Notes: a model not told the origin generated them from the sequence alone. Numbered from the stretch's first letter, positions 53,553 to 63,533 are shown. The stretch: 64,000 nt of DNA from Armatimonadota bacterium (GCA_037444405.1 JBBIML010000007.1:32001-96000), one strand, 5' to 3'. Program-made: numbers and translations.

Positions 53553-54973
53553 CGTTGGCGGATTCGCACGCGCTCCCCTTCGGCGAGACCCTCTTTGTGA
53601 GCCACCACGACCAGCTCGCCTTCGCGCAGTCCCTCCGTGATTTCAGTGTATTTATAGGTGAAGTAGCCCGTGCGCACCGTGCGTTTCCGAACGATACCAT
53701 TCTGCACGACCCACACCCAGCTGTGGTCTGGCTCCTCGTGAACGGCGTCGCTGGGCACCAGCAGGGTTGTGCTGCCCAGTTGCCCCTCGCCTTCAACGGT
53801 GATCTCCATATCGGGGCGCAGCTCCGCGGGAGGGTTCACCATCTCGACGCGGAGGCGCAGGATGCGCACGCGCAGGGCGGAGTCGGGCTTGCGTTCGAAA
53901 GCGGGCATAATCTGGGTGATGCGTCCCTGCCAGTGGCGTCCGGGCAGGGCGGGCGCGCTGACCTGCACGGGATCGCCCACGCGCACTTTGCCCGCGTCTT
54001 CCTGCGCCACTTCCGCTTCGCCCCACAGAGCGCGACGATCCACCAGCACCATCACGGGCATGCCGGGCGCGACGCTTTCGCCCGGTTCCACCTCACATCG
54101 GTTGACCCATGCGGAGCGGGGCGCTACGAGTGTGCGCAGTTTGCGCTGACTGCGCGCCTGTTGAAGCATGGCGTGCGCCTCGCGCACGGCGGCGCGTGCG
54201 CTCTGCAGGCGCGCCTGCAACACTTTCAGGTTGCCCTGCTGGCTCCGCGCCAGTTCCAGCGCGGCCTGTGCTGATTCCAGCCGTGCCTGCGCCGCGGCGC
54301 GCTCTTCGGGGCGGGCGCCGTGCTGAACCTGCTGGAGAGTTGCCTGTGCCTCGCGCAGTTGGGCTGCTGCCACTTCATATTCCTGAAGGGCGCGTTCGTA
54401 CTCCAGTCGTGCGATGGCTCCCTGCTCATAGAGGGCACGGGCGCGTTGCCAGTTACGTTCTGCCAGTTCATAGCGTGCCTCCGCCGCGCGCACCGCCTGC
54501 CTGGCACGCTCGATCTCTTCGGGGCGGGCGCCACGCTCAATCAGCTGAAGGTTCGCCTTTGCCTCCTGCAACACGGCTTCCGCCTGACGAATGCGGGCGC
54601 GGGTTTCCTGCTGCGCCTGCTCGTAAGCGCGCTCTGCTTCCTCCAGCGCGGCGCGTGCGGCGGCATAACGTGCCGATGCCGCCTGCACCGCGTCCGCTAT
54701 ATCTTGCTCCCAGAATCGCACCAGCGGCTGACCCGCCTGCACCCGCTCACCCTCCCGCACCAGCACCGCCACGACCTGCGCTGTGAAGGGCACCGAGAGA
54801 GTCACCTGCCAGCCTCGCACGATGCCCTCGGCACTGTAGGGCACACGCAGCTCACCGCGTGTCGCCGCCGCGACCACCACCTCGGTCGGCGCACGCCCCC
54901 CGCGAAGCCAGAAGGTCAGCAGCAGCCCCATCACACCCGCAGCGAGAATCAGACCCAACCATCGCCGCCCCAT
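53549..54973 (-). CDS. HlyD/MacA-family periplasmic adaptor
   Basis: Lipoyl half-motifs, long coiled coil, GLREGELVV. Confidence 0.9.
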   Translation of the reverse strand: MGRRWLGLILAAGVMGLLLTFWLRGGRAPTEVVVAAATRGELRVPYSAEGIVRGWQVTLSVPFTAQVVAVLVREGERVQAGQPLVRFWEQDIADAVQAASARYAAARAALEEAERAYEQAQQETRARIRQAEAVLQEAKANLQLIERGARPEEIERARQAVRAAEARYELAERNWQRARALYEQGAIARLEYERALQEYEVAAAQLREAQATLQQVQHGARPEERAAAQARLESAQAALELARSQQGNLKVLQARLQSARAAVREAHAMLQQARSQRKLRTLVAPRSAWVNRCEVEPGESVAPGMPVMVLVDRRALWGEAEVAQEDAGKVRVGDPVQVSAPALPGRHWQGRITQIMPAFERKPDSALRVRILRLRVEMVNPPAELRPDMEITVEGEGQLGSTTLLVPSDAVHEEPDHSWVWVVQNGIVRKRTVRTGYFTYKYTEITEGLREGELVVVAHKEGLAEGERVRIRQR

Positions 54974-55047
54974 CGCTCACCATCCGTTAGGATACCTGCC
55001 AGTTCCCAATCCCCCTTTCCCCATCGGGCAGGGTGCAGGAGAGTGCC

Positions 55048-55770
55048 TCACAGAATCCCCTCTGGCGGAAGAATGACAATCTCGTCGATGCTGGCGTCGG
55101 GTGGCGTGGCGAGAATCTCCACCACAATCCGGGCGACGGTCTCAGGGCGAATCATGCGCTCGCGCTCGGGCGCGGTCGGGAACGCATCCCACAGCACGGT
55201 GTCCACTGCGCCCGGCAACACCGCCGTGACCCGAATGCCACGCTTGCGCACCTCTTTGGCGAGAATGCGCGTGAACATCAGCCCAGCGGCTTTGGCGCAG
55301 CTGTACGCGCTCAAGCCTGTGAAGGCGCGACTGGCAGCAATCGTGAGCATGTTCACAATCTGTCCATGACCCTGCTCCAGCATAATCGGCAGCGTGAAGC
55401 GCGTGGTCAGGTACAGCCCCTTCAGGTTGCTCTCCACCACCTGCCACCACTCGGCAGGATCGCTCTGCTCGATGAGTCCTGCCCGCGCCGAGCCAGCGTT
55501 ATTGATCAGGATATCGATGCGCCCGCTGAGCTGGCGCGTGCGCTCAATCGCCGCGCGAATGGCTGGCTCGTCGGCGACATCGGCAACGCAGTAAAACGCC
55601 CTGCCGCCCTCCGCCTCAATCTGACCCGCAACCTGCTGAAGCTGGCTCTCGGTGCGGGCGACGAGCATCACCTGAGCGCCCTGTCGCGTTAGCAGGCGGG
55701 CAATGCATGCGCCAATACCCCGCCCGCCGCCTGTGATCAGCGCGACCTGACCCGCAAACCTCTGTTCCAT
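55048..55770 (-). CDS. Short-chain dehydrogenase/reductase
   Basis: TGGGRGIG, NNAG, YSCAK, PGAVDT. Confidence 0.92.
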   Translation of the reverse strand: MEQRFAGQVALITGGGRGIGACIARLLTRQGAQVMLVARTESQLQQVAGQIEAEGGRAFYCVADVADEPAIRAAIERTRQLSGRIDILINNAGSARAGLIEQSDPAEWWQVVESNLKGLYLTTRFTLPIMLEQGHGQIVNMLTIAASRAFTGLSAYSCAKAAGLMFTRILAKEVRKRGIRVTAVLPGAVDTVLWDAFPTAPERERMIRPETVARIVVEILATPPDASIDEIVILPPEGIL

Positions 55771-55851
55771 CGGCACATCCCTCCGGGGCGGGTAGTTCAC
55801 CGCCAGTGCGCCCCTTCCTGTCAGCAGGCAGGTACAATTCTCGACGGCACG

Positions 55852-57087
55852 ATGGACGCACTACGCGATACGCTCAGAGAGTTGACCGACAGCCTGCGAG
55901 AGAAGATATTGACAGACGGCTCGCCCGCCTGGCTGGAACTTGCCCGCTGGCTGCAGGCGGTGAACACGGGGCTGGACGCGCTGGATGAATCGCTACGGGG
56001 GAGCCTGTTAGACGCCTTTCAAACGGCGCGACCACTGAACCATGCGACTCTGCCCATTCTGCTGGAGCAGTTCGAAGCGCACGGCAGAGCGATTCGGCGC
56101 GCGGCGGTTCAGCGCGACCGCTGGCGCTATCCCACCACGAGCGACCTCCAGCTGATCAACGAGCGCGTCTGCCTGGCGCCGCCCGAGTGCGACGCCGACC
56201 GCCTGAATCGTGCGCGCCTGCTGGCGATGCTGACCCCGCCCGATGCGGACGCGCTTCAGCGAGCCACTACGCTCTTTGAGGCGCTCAACACCCTGCAGCC
56301 GTTTCGCGAATACAACGCCAGCACCGCATCGATTGCAGCGCTGGCGTTTCTGGGCGCGAACGGCTTCCGCGCCACGCTCTCACCTGATGAGGCAGCCGAA
56401 CGGTTGCTATCGGGTGAATGGGCATCGTTGTCCCTTCAGCCCGACGAGAGCGCGACTCGCTTCACCTATGCCGACCTGATTGAGCAGATGATTGCCGATT
56501 ACCGCGATTCGCTGGTGCGGGCGGAGCGAGTGATTCAGGAGAGGCAGCAGCTGGCACAGCGCGACGCCCTGCCCACTACGATGCCCGTCAGCCCGCAGCC
56601 CGTGCCTGGTCCCGCCTCGCGCTGGCGATACCTCACCGTGCAGGACCTCATCTGGATTAACACCGAAATCACGGGCGCGCCCCAGCGGTACAACTACGAC
56701 CGCCTGGAGGAGGCGACCTACTATCAATACAGCTATCGCCAGAGCATGGATGTGCCGTTGCAGGCGGCGCGGTTCCTGTGGGGCTATCTGACCTATTATC
56801 CCTTCGCACGCGGCAATCTGGGCACCGCGCTGATTGGCGTGCTGACCTTCCTGCAGATCAACGGCTACGACACGCACCTGCCGCCCGACCAGGCATGCGA
56901 CTGGTTGCTATCGGTTGCCAGGCGTCGTAAACACCCGCTGGATGCCATCCGCCAGATTATCGCCTCCAGCGCCGCAGGCGCGAACCCCCAGCCCGTGCGC
57001 GAAGTCGCCCACTACCTGATAGAACAGTACGAGTCGGCTTTGCATCAGTTAGAGGAGGTGAATCCTCGTGAAACGCAATACCGTTGA
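55852..57087 (+). CDS. Tandem Fic/Doc-like domain protein with degenerate motifs
   Basis: QPFREYNASTA..FLGANG and YPFARGNLGTA..FLQING; repeated RWRY.T..DL..IN. Confidence 0.7.
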   Translation: MDALRDTLRELTDSLREKILTDGSPAWLELARWLQAVNTGLDALDESLRGSLLDAFQTARPLNHATLPILLEQFEAHGRAIRRAAVQRDRWRYPTTSDLQLINERVCLAPPECDADRLNRARLLAMLTPPDADALQRATTLFEALNTLQPFREYNASTASIAALAFLGANGFRATLSPDEAAERLLSGEWASLSLQPDESATRFTYADLIEQMIADYRDSLVRAERVIQERQQLAQRDALPTTMPVSPQPVPGPASRWRYLTVQDLIWINTEITGAPQRYNYDRLEEATYYQYSYRQSMDVPLQAARFLWGYLTYYPFARGNLGTALIGVLTFLQINGYDTHLPPDQACDWLLSVARRRKHPLDAIRQIIASSAAGANPQPVREVAHYLIEQYESALHQLEEVNPRETQYR

Positions 57088-57094
57088 AACCACT

Positions 57095-58285
57095 CTATTT
57101 GGCATGCGCCTTCTGATTCAGTGTTTCCAGGTCTGGTAGAAAACCTTCCCATGGGTATTCGACCACTATTCCATTTCCTTTGTGCCAGAGGCTGCTACCG
57201 CTTAATCTCCAATCACGCACGAAGGTACCCTGAGGCAGCATGAAACGAATGGTGCTCGCTGGCTCGGCACTAACCAACATATAGCGACGCCTACTCATAG
57301 AGGGTCTGCTGCAACGATGCAAGGGTAGAGAAACGATCACCTGCTCTCTTCCATTATCATCTTTCACGATATAGTTTTCTAAAATCTTCTCAATATCCTC
57401 ACGAGTTGCAGGGGTCATTAAGTCATAATATTCGTAGGTCATTTCTATTTCTGATGGAAACCACTGTCCATCAATTTGAGTGAATTGCAGCACATTCCAA
57501 TAGAACTGGGCACTAGTACGACGCATCAGAAGGCTCTTTGGGGCTCCTTTGTGGATTCGACTTACATGAAGTTCTAACTCCCAATTATCAGGGGTTTTGC
57601 GCTCATAAACCCATTCATCCGGAGTCGTGGCGACTAACTGCCAGTCTTTCTCGCTGCCGGCAAACATACAGAGAGGAGGAACACCTGCCAGAAAAACTAA
57701 AAATGCCGGTCCTATAAAGGTTTCAAAAGGATCACCCATGCTGACAGTACCTGCAGGATGGAGCGCTATATCCGCGACTACCGAACCCTGATTACGCAAA
57801 TGAATAACGAGCTCGTTTTGAAAGTAAACTTCGAAGGTCTCCGCAATTTTGTCAGTAGCCTCATAAGAAGCTAGTCTTTCCCTATATGCAGCAATGTGAA
57901 CGATGTGCGGACTATTGGTAATAATATAGTTTTCCGATATCCCAGAAACAAATAAATCCATTTGCGGTGGATTAATCATTGAAAGATTATATTTCCCCCA
58001 ATTAACTTGTTCAGAAGCTGATGAAATTTTTGTTCTAATATTTTTTTGAGCAATTAGTAAAGCACTTATCATATTCCCCCAAACAGCCTCCTTAGGAATA
58101 TGCAGCATACCCGTCACATTCCAGATAAAAGTGTGACTACGAGCAACTTGTTCACGCTTTGCGCTCCAATCAGCCAGTTCGCTCTTAGAAGTCTCACTAC
58201 AAGTAGCAATCGAGAACCGTATTGTAAGCCCCGCCAGTGTGAACATGGAAACAAGTGTCCACCAAGCATGCCATCTTCGAATCAT
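57095..58285 (-). CDS. Hypothetical exported protein (low GC)
   Basis: AAAGGAGGT RBS; N-terminal hydrophobic segment; AT-rich codons. Confidence 0.75.
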   Translation of the reverse strand: MIRRWHAWWTLVSMFTLAGLTIRFSIATCSETSKSELADWSAKREQVARSHTFIWNVTGMLHIPKEAVWGNMISALLIAQKNIRTKISSASEQVNWGKYNLSMINPPQMDLFVSGISENYIITNSPHIVHIAAYRERLASYEATDKIAETFEVYFQNELVIHLRNQGSVVADIALHPAGTVSMGDPFETFIGPAFLVFLAGVPPLCMFAGSEKDWQLVATTPDEWVYERKTPDNWELELHVSRIHKGAPKSLLMRRTSAQFYWNVLQFTQIDGQWFPSEIEMTYEYYDLMTPATREDIEKILENYIVKDDNGREQVIVSLPLHRCSRPSMSRRRYMLVSAEPASTIRFMLPQGTFVRDWRLSGSSLWHKGNGIVVEYPWEGFLPDLETLNQKAHAK

Positions 58286-58317
58286 TAATAATCACCTCCT
58301 TTAGTGCCAAAGTGTTT

Positions 58318-58794
58318 CTATTGCGGTGGTGCTGAACAATCGGGATAAAAAACAATTCGGTTTGGTGTGGATGGATCTACAGGTCTCCAATCAATGCAAT
58401 CGCATCCCGAACCAGCTGGTTCACAATCGGCAATTTCTGTTACTCTGATCTCAACGACCCCCATCTGACGTATAAGGCAGCTCGTACCACGATTAAATTC
58501 ACATATATAAATGTCTTGAACTGTTTTACCTCTGAGGCATCCACCAGAGCAACCAAACAAGGTATATGCTTTCATAGGAGTTGGGTTAGGTTCAATCGAT
58601 TGCAAGCAACTGGTCTGCCGCAACAAGTAACCTGCCCGGCGAAGTACGCACTTGTGATCCGGAAGCTCCCTTAGCTCTTCCTGCTGACCGGGGGCATGAA
58701 AATATAACATCAGCAACACCAGTATCCCCACCAACCGTACCGCGTTGCGCTGGTTCGCAACACTGTTCCTCATCAAAAGATCCTTTGTTTTCAT
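58318..58794 (-). CDS. Cys-rich (10 Cys) secreted hypothetical protein (low GC)
   Basis: GGAGGG RBS before ATG 58794; signal-peptide-like segment. Confidence 0.7.
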   Translation of the reverse strand: MKTKDLLMRNSVANQRNAVRLVGILVLLMLYFHAPGQQEELRELPDHKCVLRRAGYLLRQTSCLQSIEPNPTPMKAYTLFGCSGGCLRGKTVQDIYICEFNRGTSCLIRQMGVVEIRVTEIADCEPAGSGCDCIDWRPVDPSTPNRIVFYPDCSAPPQ

Positions 58795-58847
58795 TCTCGC
58801 CCCTCCATTAAATGGAGTTGCCCTGCGGTTGCCCTTTGTCAACACCT

Positions 58848-59481
58848 CTATCCCGCTTTTTGACCCCGATTCTCCACCAGTGCCCGCAGCTCCGCCTGCA
58901 ACCGTTTCCATCGCCGATGCACCACCTCGTGCGAGACTCCTAACTGCTTTCCGATCCACCGATACGAACGCTTCTCTGCCACCCACACCCATAACTGGTA
59001 TTCCCTCTCCTCCAGCTGACTCTGCAACCACTCCACTAATATCCGAGCCTCTAACTGTTCATAAGCTTCCATACTCCGCTCATCTACAGGCTCCCACTCT
59101 TCGCCTGTTTCTTCATCTTCTGCAAATGCGACTACCGTCTTCTGATAACCCCACTCGCGGTTGGTGAAAGTCTTCAGGTGAGCGCAGATGCGATCATAGG
59201 CGAACTTTTCCAAGCACAAACCCAGTGCAGGCTCAAACTCCTGTTCGGCTTGCAAGGCACATAGAACGGCTTCGTGCTGAAGTTCGTTCTGCCATTCGGA
59301 CTGACTCCAGTTCGGTGGTGGGCATGTGGGTCGGAAGCGCTGAACAGCGCGGCGAATGGCTTTGCGCAGAGCGGGATTGAGTTCAGCCAACTCAGCTCCA
59401 CCCCCCCCCGCGAAGTTGCGATGGCAGTTGAGATTTTGCTGGATGCACCGCTTGCTTCTTCGTTCGCTTCTTTGCGGGCAT
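58848..59481 (-). CDS. Sigma-70/ECF-like sigma factor, out of frame at a G9 tract (candidate phase-variable)
   Basis: Region 2-like ELQHEA..FEP..FAYDRI; region 4 HTH SYRWIGKQLGVSHEVVHRRW; ATG 59481 with AGAGG RBS joins the sigma frame only with G8 or G11. Confidence 0.7.
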
Positions 59482-59505
59482 CGCTGACCTCTGCTGGATA
59501 AAAGC

Positions 59506-59535
59506 AGGATACCCTGTTCAAGACAGGAATGTCAA
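59506..59535 (-). promoter_or_regulatory. Consensus sigma70 promoter for the sigma gene
   Basis: TTGACA(59535-59530)-18-TATCCT(59511-59506), same CCCCTTGACA context as the rrn promoters. Confidence 0.7.
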
Positions 59536-59543
59536 GGGGAAAC

Positions 59544-59692
59544 GAGGGTGTTCGAAAAATCATCTCTTGCGAGCCGCTTGAGCAGGGCGCGGGTACGGGC
59601 GCGGCGACCGCGCCCCTACTTGACACGGGTACGGGCGCGGTTCCCGCACCCTGTTTTCGAACACCCTCAGGGGGAACGAGGGTGTTCGAAAA
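59544..59692. mobile_element. MITE-like element with 15-bp terminal inverted repeats plus a third TIR copy
   Basis: GAGGGTGTTCGAAAA at 59544-59558, reverse complement at 59654-59668, again at 59678-59692; flanks aggggaaac/agggggaac. Confidence 0.6.
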
Positions 59693-59712
59693 ATCCATCC
59701 AGAGGCGAGAAT

Positions 59713-59804
59713 ACCCCTCACCCCTACCCTCTCCCTTCGGGGGAGAGGGAGTTTATCAGCCCCTCTCTCCCGCGTGCGGGGGAGAGGGGTCGGGTGAGGG
59801 GGTC
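59713..59804. repeat. Inverted doublet of the REP-like palindrome
   Basis: cccctcacccctaccctctccc..gggagaggg / ccctctctccc..gggagaggggtcgggtgagggg. Confidence 0.75.
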
Positions 59805-59905
59805 ATACTTTCCTCTTGGGGGAATCCCGCTCTCAGACCAGCAGGAAGGCGGCTCCCAGAGGTGCAGCAGGTAAAATCTCTTTTACCGATGGAGAGGTTG
59901 AGCCG

Positions 59906-61369
59906 ATGGTAAGGGTACGATACGCACCAAGCCCGACAGGAGCGCCCCATGTGGGCAACATTCGCACCGCGCTCTTCAACTGGCTGTTCGCCCGTCATCA
60001 CGGCGGCAAGTTCATCGTGCGCATCGAGGACACCGACCGCAGCCGCTATGTGCCTGAATCGGAGCGCGAAATCTTAGAATCGCTGCGCTGGCTGGGGCTG
60101 GACTGGGACGAGGGACCCGAAGTGGGTGGTCCGCACGCACCCTATCACCAGTCGCAACGGCTGGAGACTTATCGGCAGATTGCGCACCAGCTGGTGGAGG
60201 CGGGCAAGGCGTACAAATGCTTCTGCACGCCCGAAGAGCTGGAGCAGATGCGGGCACAGCAGCGGGCGCAGGGCGCATCCGTCACGATGTACGACCGCCG
60301 TTGCCGACGCCTCACGCCCGCCGAAGTGCGCGCCCGCGAGGCGGACGGACTGCCCTATGTGATCCGGTTTGCCATGCCGCTGGAAGGCACGGTGGAGTAC
60401 GACGACCTGATTCACGGGCGCACCACCTTCCGCAACGCGCTCACCGACGATTTTGTGATGCTCAAATCGGACGGCTACCCGACCTACCATCTCGCCAATG
60501 TGGTGGATGACCACCTGATGGAAATCACCCATGTGATTCGAGGCGACGAGTGGATTTCGAGCATGCCGCGCCATCTCAATCTCTATAGGGCGCTGGGCTG
60601 GGAGCCGCCCCAGTTCGCGCATCTGCCCCTGCTGCTTGGCGTCGACCGCCAGAAGCTCTCCAAGCGGCACGGCGCCGTGCAGTTCACCGAGTTCATTCGC
60701 GACGGCTACCTGCCCGAAGCCATGTTCAACTTTCTCGCGCTCTGCGGCTGGAACCCCGGCGACAACCGCGAGATTCTCAGCCGCGAGGAGATTATTCAGC
60801 TGTTCAGTCTGGAGCGCGTCTCGGATAACCCCTTCATCTTTGATCATAACAAACTGCTCTGGATGAACGGCTATTACATTCGCCAGCTCAGCCCGCAGGA
60901 ACTGGTGGAGCGCTGCCTGCCCTTCCTGCAGGAGGCAGGGCTTCTGCCGCCCGCGCTGGATGACGAGACCCGCGCTTACGCTGAACGGGTCATCCCGCTG
61001 GAGCAGGAGAAGATGAAAACCCTCAAAGATGTGGTGACGCTGACCGACTTCTTCTTCAAAGAGGAGTTCCCGATAGACCAGAGCGCGGTCAAGAAGTGGT
61101 ATGGTCTGCCGCACATCCCGCAGATGCTGGAGGAGCTGATCCGGCGGTATGAGGCGCTGGAGCCGTTTGTGGCGCCCGAGATTGAGCGCGTGACACGCGA
61201 AGTGATTGCCTGGCTGGGTGTGTCGGGCGGGTCTGTGATCCATCCTGTGCGCGTGGCGGTCAGCGGGCGCACGACGGGACCGAGCCTTTTTGAGATGCTG
61301 GAAGTGCTGGGCAAGCCGCGCGTGCTGCGCCGACTCCGCCAGGCGCAACAGTGGGTGTACATAGCATGA
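59906..61369 (+). CDS. gltX: Glutamate-tRNA ligase
   Basis: RYAPSPTG, HVGN, RIEDTD, KLSKR. Confidence 0.97.
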   Translation: MVRVRYAPSPTGAPHVGNIRTALFNWLFARHHGGKFIVRIEDTDRSRYVPESEREILESLRWLGLDWDEGPEVGGPHAPYHQSQRLETYRQIAHQLVEAGKAYKCFCTPEELEQMRAQQRAQGASVTMYDRRCRRLTPAEVRAREADGLPYVIRFAMPLEGTVEYDDLIHGRTTFRNALTDDFVMLKSDGYPTYHLANVVDDHLMEITHVIRGDEWISSMPRHLNLYRALGWEPPQFAHLPLLLGVDRQKLSKRHGAVQFTEFIRDGYLPEAMFNFLALCGWNPGDNREILSREEIIQLFSLERVSDNPFIFDHNKLLWMNGYYIRQLSPQELVERCLPFLQEAGLLPPALDDETRAYAERVIPLEQEKMKTLKDVVTLTDFFFKEEFPIDQSAVKKWYGLPHIPQMLEELIRRYEALEPFVAPEIERVTREVIAWLGVSGGSVIHPVRVAVSGRTTGPSLFEMLEVLGKPRVLRRLRQAQQWVYIA

Positions 61370-62328
61370 GAGACTGGCAGGAGCGATGGAAACAGGCAAA
61401 TCCGCCTTCACACCTCCTCTCGATCAGCGATCTTAATCGGGAGGCGGCGGAGGTGGTGCTGGCGCTGGCGCATGCGATGAAACGCGCCACCCGCGCGGGC
61501 GCCGAGCTGTTCCGATTCGAGAAGCCGACCGCCGTCGCGCTCATCTTCGAGAAGCCCTCCCTGCGCACGCGCGTCACCTTAGAAGTCGGGCTGTATCAGA
61601 TGGGCGCGCACGGCGTCTACCTCACTCAGTCGGACATCCAGATGGGCAAACGCGAGGCGGTGATGGACATCGCTCGCAATCTGGGACGCTGGGTGCAGGG
61701 CATCATCGCGCGCGTCTACCACCATTCAGTGCTGGGCGAGCTGGCGCAGTTTGCGGGCGTGCCCGTCATCAACGCGCTCAGCGACCGCGAACATCCCTGC
61801 CAGGCATTAGCCGACCTGATGACCATTCAGGAGCGCAAAGGCGATCGACCGCTCACGCTGGTGTGGGTGGGCGACGGCAACAATGTGTGCCACAGCTTCA
61901 TCCTGCTTGGCACCCTGCTGGGGCATACGGTGCGCGTGGCGACGCCCGAAGGCTATGAACCCGACGAGCAAATTCTTGCGCAGGCACAGCACAACGCTAC
62001 GCAATCGGGCGGGCAACTCCTGCTCACACACAACCCGCGTGATGCGGTCGCCGACGCCGATGTCGTCTACACCGATGTGTGGGTCTCGATGGGCTACGAG
62101 ACCGAGCGCGAAATCCGCCTGCGCCATTTCCAGCCATTTCAGGTGAACCGCGACCTGATTCGGCATGCCAGACCCGACGCGATTGTGCTGCACTGCCTGC
62201 CCGCCCGTCGCGGTGAGGAGATTACCGACGAGGTGCTGGACGGCGAGCAGTCCGCCGCGTGGGATCAGGCAGAGAACCGCCTCCACACGCAAAAAGCGCT
62301 GATTGCCCTCATGCTCGGCACGGTATAA
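61366..62328 (+). CDS. argF: Ornithine carbamoyltransferase
   Basis: SLRTR, HPCQ, GDGNNV, DVWVSMG, HCLP. Confidence 0.92.
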   Translation: MRDWQERWKQANPPSHLLSISDLNREAAEVVLALAHAMKRATRAGAELFRFEKPTAVALIFEKPSLRTRVTLEVGLYQMGAHGVYLTQSDIQMGKREAVMDIARNLGRWVQGIIARVYHHSVLGELAQFAGVPVINALSDREHPCQALADLMTIQERKGDRPLTLVWVGDGNNVCHSFILLGTLLGHTVRVATPEGYEPDEQILAQAQHNATQSGGQLLLTHNPRDAVADADVVYTDVWVSMGYETEREIRLRHFQPFQVNRDLIRHARPDAIVLHCLPARRGEEITDEVLDGEQSAAWDQAENRLHTQKALIALMLGTV

Positions 62329-62338
62329 TCGGGTCGCC

Positions 62339-63073
62339 ATGCGCACGGACTACTTTCAGCAGGTGCTGACCCGCCTGCAGGCGGTGATGGCGAGCCAGCA
62401 GGCGGCGATGGAGCAGGCGGCGCAGTGGATTGCCGACGCGCTCGCCGACGACCACCTGATCTGGGTGTTCGGCGCGTCGCATGCGGGCATCCTGAGCGAG
62501 GAGCTGGTCTATCGCGCGGGCGGGCTGGCGCCCATCAGCCCCATCTTCATTCCGGGCTTGACCTGCGATGTGCGCCCCATCACGCTCACCTCGTGGCTGG
62601 AGCGGCTCGACGGCTACGCCGCGACAGCAGTGCGCGAGGTGCCCATTCAGGTGGGCGATGTGCTGATTGTGCATTCGGTGTCGGGTCGCAACGCCGCGCC
62701 TGTCGAGGTCGCGCTTTGCGGCAGGGAGCGCGGCGCGAAGGTGATTGCGCTCACCTCGCTCGACTACTCGCAAGCGGTCAGCCCGCGCTCACAAACGGGC
62801 AAGCGGCTGTTTGAGGTTGCCGATCTGGTGATTGACAACGGTGCGCCGCGCGGCGATGCAGTGGTGCAGCTGCCCGATTTTCCCCAGCTGGTGTCGCCTG
62901 TGTCCACCGTGCTGGGCGCGGCGATTCTGAACGCGATTGTAGCGGAGGCATGCGCCATCCTGCTGGAGCGTGGCATCCAGCCGCCTGTGTTCATGTCGGC
63001 GAATCTGGAGGGCGGCGACGCGCATAACGCCCGCTTGATGAACCGCTACCGCGGGCGCGTGCTGTACCTGTAA
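62339..63073 (+). CDS. SIS-domain (sugar isomerase) protein
   Basis: FGASHA, YRAGGL, SVSGRN, PPVFMSAN. Confidence 0.85.
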   Translation: MRTDYFQQVLTRLQAVMASQQAAMEQAAQWIADALADDHLIWVFGASHAGILSEELVYRAGGLAPISPIFIPGLTCDVRPITLTSWLERLDGYAATAVREVPIQVGDVLIVHSVSGRNAAPVEVALCGRERGAKVIALTSLDYSQAVSPRSQTGKRLFEVADLVIDNGAPRGDAVVQLPDFPQLVSPVSTVLGAAILNAIVAEACAILLERGIQPPVFMSANLEGGDAHNARLMNRYRGRVLYL

Positions 63074-63269
63074 GAGGCGATCTCGGCGTAAATCCAGACG
63101 GGTGAACCCGCTCCTATAAAACAAAGCCAGCCTGCGCTGGCTCCCTGTCGCCTGGGCAGCCTGCTCAAACTACTTCAGCCAATTTTTCTCGCCTCCGTTC
63201 AGATTGGACCATGCCACAGCCGCGCGACCTCTGAAAGGAGAGGGGCTTCTATCCGACAATCAGAGGGTG

Positions 63270-63533
63270 ATGAGTCAGGCAGAAGTGATCGAGCTGGGTC
63301 GGCAGGCGATGCTGGTGGGACTGCAGGTTGCCCTGCCCGTGCTGCTAACAGGGCTGATTGTGGGGCTGCTGGTCAGCATTTTTCAGGCGGTGACGCAGAT
63401 TCAGGAGATGACGCTGCAGTTTGTGCCCAAGATGCTGGCGGTCGGGCTGGTGTTTCTGTTCGCGGGCGGCTGGATGCTGATGCAGCTGGTGGACTTCACC
63501 GTGCGTGTGCTGTCGAACCTGCCGCCGCGATAG
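63270..63533 (+). CDS. fliQ: Flagellar export protein FliQ
   Basis: GLLVSIFQAVTQIQEMTLQFVPK. Confidence 0.95.
   Translation: MSQAEVIELGRQAMLVGLQVALPVLLTGLIVGLLVSIFQAVTQIQEMTLQFVPKMLAVGLVFLFAGGWMLMQLVDFTVRVLSNLPPR

Noticed and set aside
59540..59810. CRISPR array
   Set aside because: Repeats are inverted or irregular without unique spacers; no cas genes in the window
61546..61575. SLRT carbamoyl-phosphate motif suggesting an acetyl/succinyl-ornithine transcarbamylase
   Set aside because: DxxxSMG and HCLP ornithine-binding motifs indicate an ordinary ArgF
63231..63260. Sigma-28-like promoter before fliQ (TGAAAG...TCCGACAA)
   Set aside because: Too many mismatches to the consensus to support from one site
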